From NCBI GenBank assembly GCA_032250835.1, contig JAVVEA010000006.1, positions 86,049 through 150,048 on the forward strand: DNA of 64,000 nucleotides. Reading direction: 5' to 3'. This DNA comes from a bacterium (GTDB lineage: Bacteria > SAR324 > XYD2-FULL-50-16). Shown in pieces: positions 60,650 to 64,000 of this stretch (positions are counted from its first letter, which is position 1; each line of letters starts with the position of its first letter). Below the pieces are notes generated by a model. That model made no database searches, was not told the DNA's origin, and was given only the letters and a program-made list of their open reading frames with translations. Both the position numbers and the translations under genes were made by a program.

Positions 60650-62650
60650 ATGATTAATAGAGTAAATCCTTTCCATGATCTATATGCTGGCGACTCAGTC
60701 GATGAAGCAAGTTTTGTAGACTTATTTTCACCGATTTTGGTTGATGATGCTCTTCCATTGTATCAATCGGGCAATGTGGTCTTGCAGGGGCTGCAAGGTA
60801 GCGGGAAAACCATGCTTTTACAGCTTTTACGCCCCAAAGTTAGAATTGCTTACAGTCAAGCAGAAGTACCATTTCCGGTCCCAGGGGAACTTGCCAAGTT
60901 TATCTCTGGGGGAATCAACCTTTCAAAGGCTGGTGTTATCGAGTTCTGTCAGAAAATACAAAGGGAAAGCCCTCCGCGGGATATTGAACTATTAGCTCAG
61001 TATTTCGGGGATTTTATGAATTTTTGGATTGTATATGACATTATCACAACAGTAGAAAAATACTATTCCGCTGATAACCAACAACTGCTGGAAGAAATCG
61101 GCTTGTCTGCTAACGCTCAATGCCTTTCTGCATTTTCCAGACTACTCTCCGCGCATCCCTGTTGGCTTGCCTCGATAAAAAAGACGGATTCACTTCTGGA
61201 TTTGAAGAGCGCTTTGGAATCGCATATTAAAAAGTATCGAAAATTTCTTAACGATCCGTTTAGTGAACTTGATGAATTTGAAGGGGCATTAACAACTATC
61301 GGGATTCCGATTGCGGCGGCGGCAGACTGTTTAAAGCAATCAAAGGTAATATCCAACGATGTTAATGTGCTTGTGAGAATCGACCAATATGAGACGCTTG
61401 GGACGATGAATATTTTAGGGCATAAATTGGGCGATTTATGCCAGGAAGTGGTCCATAAAGCCTTAGCGACCCGCGACACAAAAGTATCTTATCGAGTAGG
61501 TGCAAGACAATATGCTTGGCCCAAGAAACCCAAAATATTTAAATCAGAGGGAAACTTGGAGCACAAGAGGGAGTACTCGATTGTTAGCATCGACGAAATA
61601 GTTCGCCGTTCTGAGAATAGCAAAAGTTGGATATTCCCAAAGCTAGCTGAAGATATTGCCCATAGGCGCTTGCGTTTGAACGGGCTTCAAGACCCATGTA
61701 AAGGCCTACTTGCGAAAATATTCGCAAGCACACCCAGAGCTGGCGAGAAAGCTAAAAAAATAATAAAAGACAAGTCAAAACGACCGGGCATTATTAAGTT
61801 TGATCAAAATTGGCCTGACAAATGGAGTCATTTTTTGTTCGATCTTGCGCAGGAGGATATTCTTGCGGCTAAATTTGCTGACGCGTGGGTAAGGCAGAAA
61901 AGTGGAAAGGCGAAGAAACAAGAAGTTCTTGAGAAAATACCTTATCAAAAACCGTATCCTTGGGATGCTCGGTACTGGCAAAAAGAACGTGTAAATCAGG
62001 CTCTAGTCCAAATTGCATCCAGGCACAAGCAAAGACCCTTGTGGTACGGCAAGGAAGACGTTTTGGGTGTTAGCGGTGGTTGTATTTTAACTTTCATTTT
62101 GCTTTGCAAACATATTTGGGACCGTTGGCTTCAGCTCAATAGGCTAAGAGAGGCATCTGAATTGGAATTTCCAATTCCATCAAATATCCAAAATTTGGGG
62201 ATACTTTCTGCAAGTGAAGAATCATTGGCTAGACTTCCAGAAGGACAAAATGCAACCATGAGGCAGCAGTTTATTAAATTCCTCGGAAATCGATATTACC
62301 AACATCTAACAAATGACAGCTCGATGTCCAATCCTGGACACACGGGTTTTTCTATTTATCCAGAAGACTTGGCCGGCGAAGACAGGATAAGACGTTTTCT
62401 TGAGCATGCTGTGGATTGTGGAGACCTCTATTCTGCGGAACACGCGTGTAAAAGAATAAAAGGTAGGAAACGATTGAAATATTACTTGGCACCTATTTTT
62501 TGTCCTTCGTTTAAAATCCCATACCAGCGGACGAAAGAACCAGAATATATTAGAATTGGCGAGTTGGACGCATGGCTGGAAGCCGCTTCCAATAACATAT
62601 TATATGACAATGAGCGTACGAACCCCAATCAGCTTTCATTTTTTGACTAA
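60650..62650 (+). CDS. Large P-loop ATPase (ORC/CDC6/STAND-like)
   Basis: N-terminal NPF; Walker A GLQGSGKT; Walker B-like VLVRIDQYE; long helical C-terminal region. Confidence 0.75.
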   Translation: MINRVNPFHDLYAGDSVDEASFVDLFSPILVDDALPLYQSGNVVLQGLQGSGKTMLLQLLRPKVRIAYSQAEVPFPVPGELAKFISGGINLSKAGVIEFCQKIQRESPPRDIELLAQYFGDFMNFWIVYDIITTVEKYYSADNQQLLEEIGLSANAQCLSAFSRLLSAHPCWLASIKKTDSLLDLKSALESHIKKYRKFLNDPFSELDEFEGALTTIGIPIAAAADCLKQSKVISNDVNVLVRIDQYETLGTMNILGHKLGDLCQEVVHKALATRDTKVSYRVGARQYAWPKKPKIFKSEGNLEHKREYSIVSIDEIVRRSENSKSWIFPKLAEDIAHRRLRLNGLQDPCKGLLAKIFASTPRAGEKAKKIIKDKSKRPGIIKFDQNWPDKWSHFLFDLAQEDILAAKFADAWVRQKSGKAKKQEVLEKIPYQKPYPWDARYWQKERVNQALVQIASRHKQRPLWYGKEDVLGVSGGCILTFILLCKHIWDRWLQLNRLREASELEFPIPSNIQNLGILSASEESLARLPEGQNATMRQQFIKFLGNRYYQHLTNDSSMSNPGHTGFSIYPEDLAGEDRIRRFLEHAVDCGDLYSAEHACKRIKGRKRLKYYLAPIFCPSFKIPYQRTKEPEYIRIGELDAWLEAASNNILYDNERTNPNQLSFFD

Positions 62651-62658
62651 CTAGGCAA

Positions 62659-63675
62659 ATGCTCAACTATGGATTCAGGCCATGGGGATTACTTCCATGG
62701 GTCGCAGGAAGACTTTCAAATAAGAACTGGGACCTTATTGGGTGCCTAAGCGCGGAGGACCGCTGTAAAGGGGTGCTTGACAGTTGCAATGAGGCGACAT
62801 TGAAGGTTTGTGCAAATTTCATTGAGGTGACAAATCCAGACACAAAATACGAAGAGAAAGCTGAGGTGAAGCGAAATGGACTAAGATCGGAAATGATCAA
62901 CTCATATGATGTGGCTAGTTCTTCATTTTCATCAATGCAACTATTCGAATCACCACAGAAACTAACTCTGTGGTTTAAAGACTTTATAAGAAAGACAAAT
63001 GGAAGCGTATTGATTGATATATCTTGTTTTCCTAAACGTTACTTTTTCCCTTTGGTAAAATGGTTAGTGGAAAATGACGCAGTTGAAAACTTGATTGTCT
63101 CATATACGATCCCAAAAGACTATCCGGAGCCTAGTTTAGCATTCGATTCCGGTTCAAAACATTTCCTTCCCGCGTTCCAAAATGTTGATCATCCAGTATT
63201 GGAGGAAGTTGGAATTTTAAGTGTTGGCTTTCTTTCATTCGATTTGGCGAACCTGCTCAAAGGAAGCTTTCCTAATACAAAGCCAAAAAACTTCTATCTC
63301 TTATTTCCATTTCCTCCCGGACCGCCAAACTATCAAAAAAACTGGGAATTTGTTCGAGATATAGAAAGTTCAGGCAAACTACAAAATTCGAAACAAATTA
63401 TTCGAATAGCCACAAAAGACGTTCCAGGTTGCTTTGAGCATATCAAAAATATTGCATCAGGAATGGAAAACAGGACGTTTTTTTTGCCTTTCGGGCCTAA
63501 AACGCATTCATTAGCAATCTGCCTTTATTCCATACTCCACGGCAACTCAGTCTATTATACTCAGCCGAAGTACTATCACCCGGACTATAGCGTTGGTATC
63601 AATTCCAAAGAGGGGTTCACCGAGACGTATGGGTATTGTTTGAAACTTGCGGGCAATAACCTCTACGGGGATTAG
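62659..63675 (+). CDS. Hypothetical protein with duplicated CARF-like Rossmann motifs
   Basis: VLIDISCFPK and FFLPFGPK..SLA, each followed by a helix and a YT strand. Confidence 0.6.
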   Translation: MLNYGFRPWGLLPWVAGRLSNKNWDLIGCLSAEDRCKGVLDSCNEATLKVCANFIEVTNPDTKYEEKAEVKRNGLRSEMINSYDVASSSFSSMQLFESPQKLTLWFKDFIRKTNGSVLIDISCFPKRYFFPLVKWLVENDAVENLIVSYTIPKDYPEPSLAFDSGSKHFLPAFQNVDHPVLEEVGILSVGFLSFDLANLLKGSFPNTKPKNFYLLFPFPPGPPNYQKNWEFVRDIESSGKLQNSKQIIRIATKDVPGCFEHIKNIASGMENRTFFLPFGPKTHSLAICLYSILHGNSVYYTQPKYYHPDYSVGINSKEGFTETYGYCLKLAGNNLYGD

Positions 63676-63679
63676 GAAG

Positions 63680-63707
63680 TCCGGTGACAGAATAAATCCG
63701 GTGACAG
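63680..63707 (+). repeat. 11-bp direct repeat at the island right edge
   Basis: TCCGGTGACAG-aataaa-TCCGGTGACAG, starting 4 nt after the last stop codon. Confidence 0.6.
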
Positions 63708-64000
63708 TACTCCTATTTTTCTCTCCCGAAAGCAGCAACGCTGGAAAATCGGTCTTGGGGCATTATAGCTATTTGCTGCTAGTCTTCTGGTTGCCTGTTT
63801 AAGGCCAGAGCAGTTTCCTGAATAGGCGCGAAGACTCAAAAGCGAAAATCGCGCAATTCCCGCCTTTACTCAACGTGTAGATAAACCATCCAACCTAGGT
63901 TGCCTTAACTTTTTCGCTTGAAGTATAGTGGACCCACTTGTCCAGACAACTTTTTGATTAGACGATCTTCCTGATCTTTTTTTCTAAGCAATCTTCAGTC

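Noticed and set aside
58508-62650. Classical type II RM, McrBC or DISARM call
   Set aside because: No recognisable endonuclease, McrB GTPase, helicase or PLD gene

Overview
Bacterial chromosomal window. The backbone is GC-rich and the gene content looks deltaproteobacterial (inference; the taxon cannot be fixed from sequence alone). Housekeeping genes: mutL 3' end, der, exbBD, mutY, hisS, hemACD, add, thiSC(E)GH, lpxA, tRNA-Ile/Ala/Val-infC-rpmI-rplT, fabY-like synthase, truB-rpsO-pnp, tRNA-Arg, modEABC, fumC. Two visibly AT-richer islands are the main points of interest. (1) 8.5-11.6 kb: an unannotated 11-codon ORF (MYPPVIKPEAK) with an SD-like site and a perfect 11-bp hairpin, followed by a 2OG-Fe(II) oxygenase, a cobalamin-binding radical SAM enzyme and a ferritin-like diiron protein; this is a candidate minimal-precursor RiPP cluster. 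(2) 58.1-63.7 kb: an integrase remnant followed by a tight four-gene operon (5mC DNA methyltransferase, PRTase-fold protein, large P-loop ATPase, protein with duplicated CARF-like motifs); this is a candidate anti-phage/conflict system with no recognisable restriction nuclease. Also present: an atypical chaperone-usher pilus operon, a histidine-kinase-like pseudokinase, a frameshifted outer-membrane protein paralogue, a TA pair, and a tRNA-Ile/Ala pair lying outside an rRNA operon. All family calls come from reading motifs by eye; no database searches were run.
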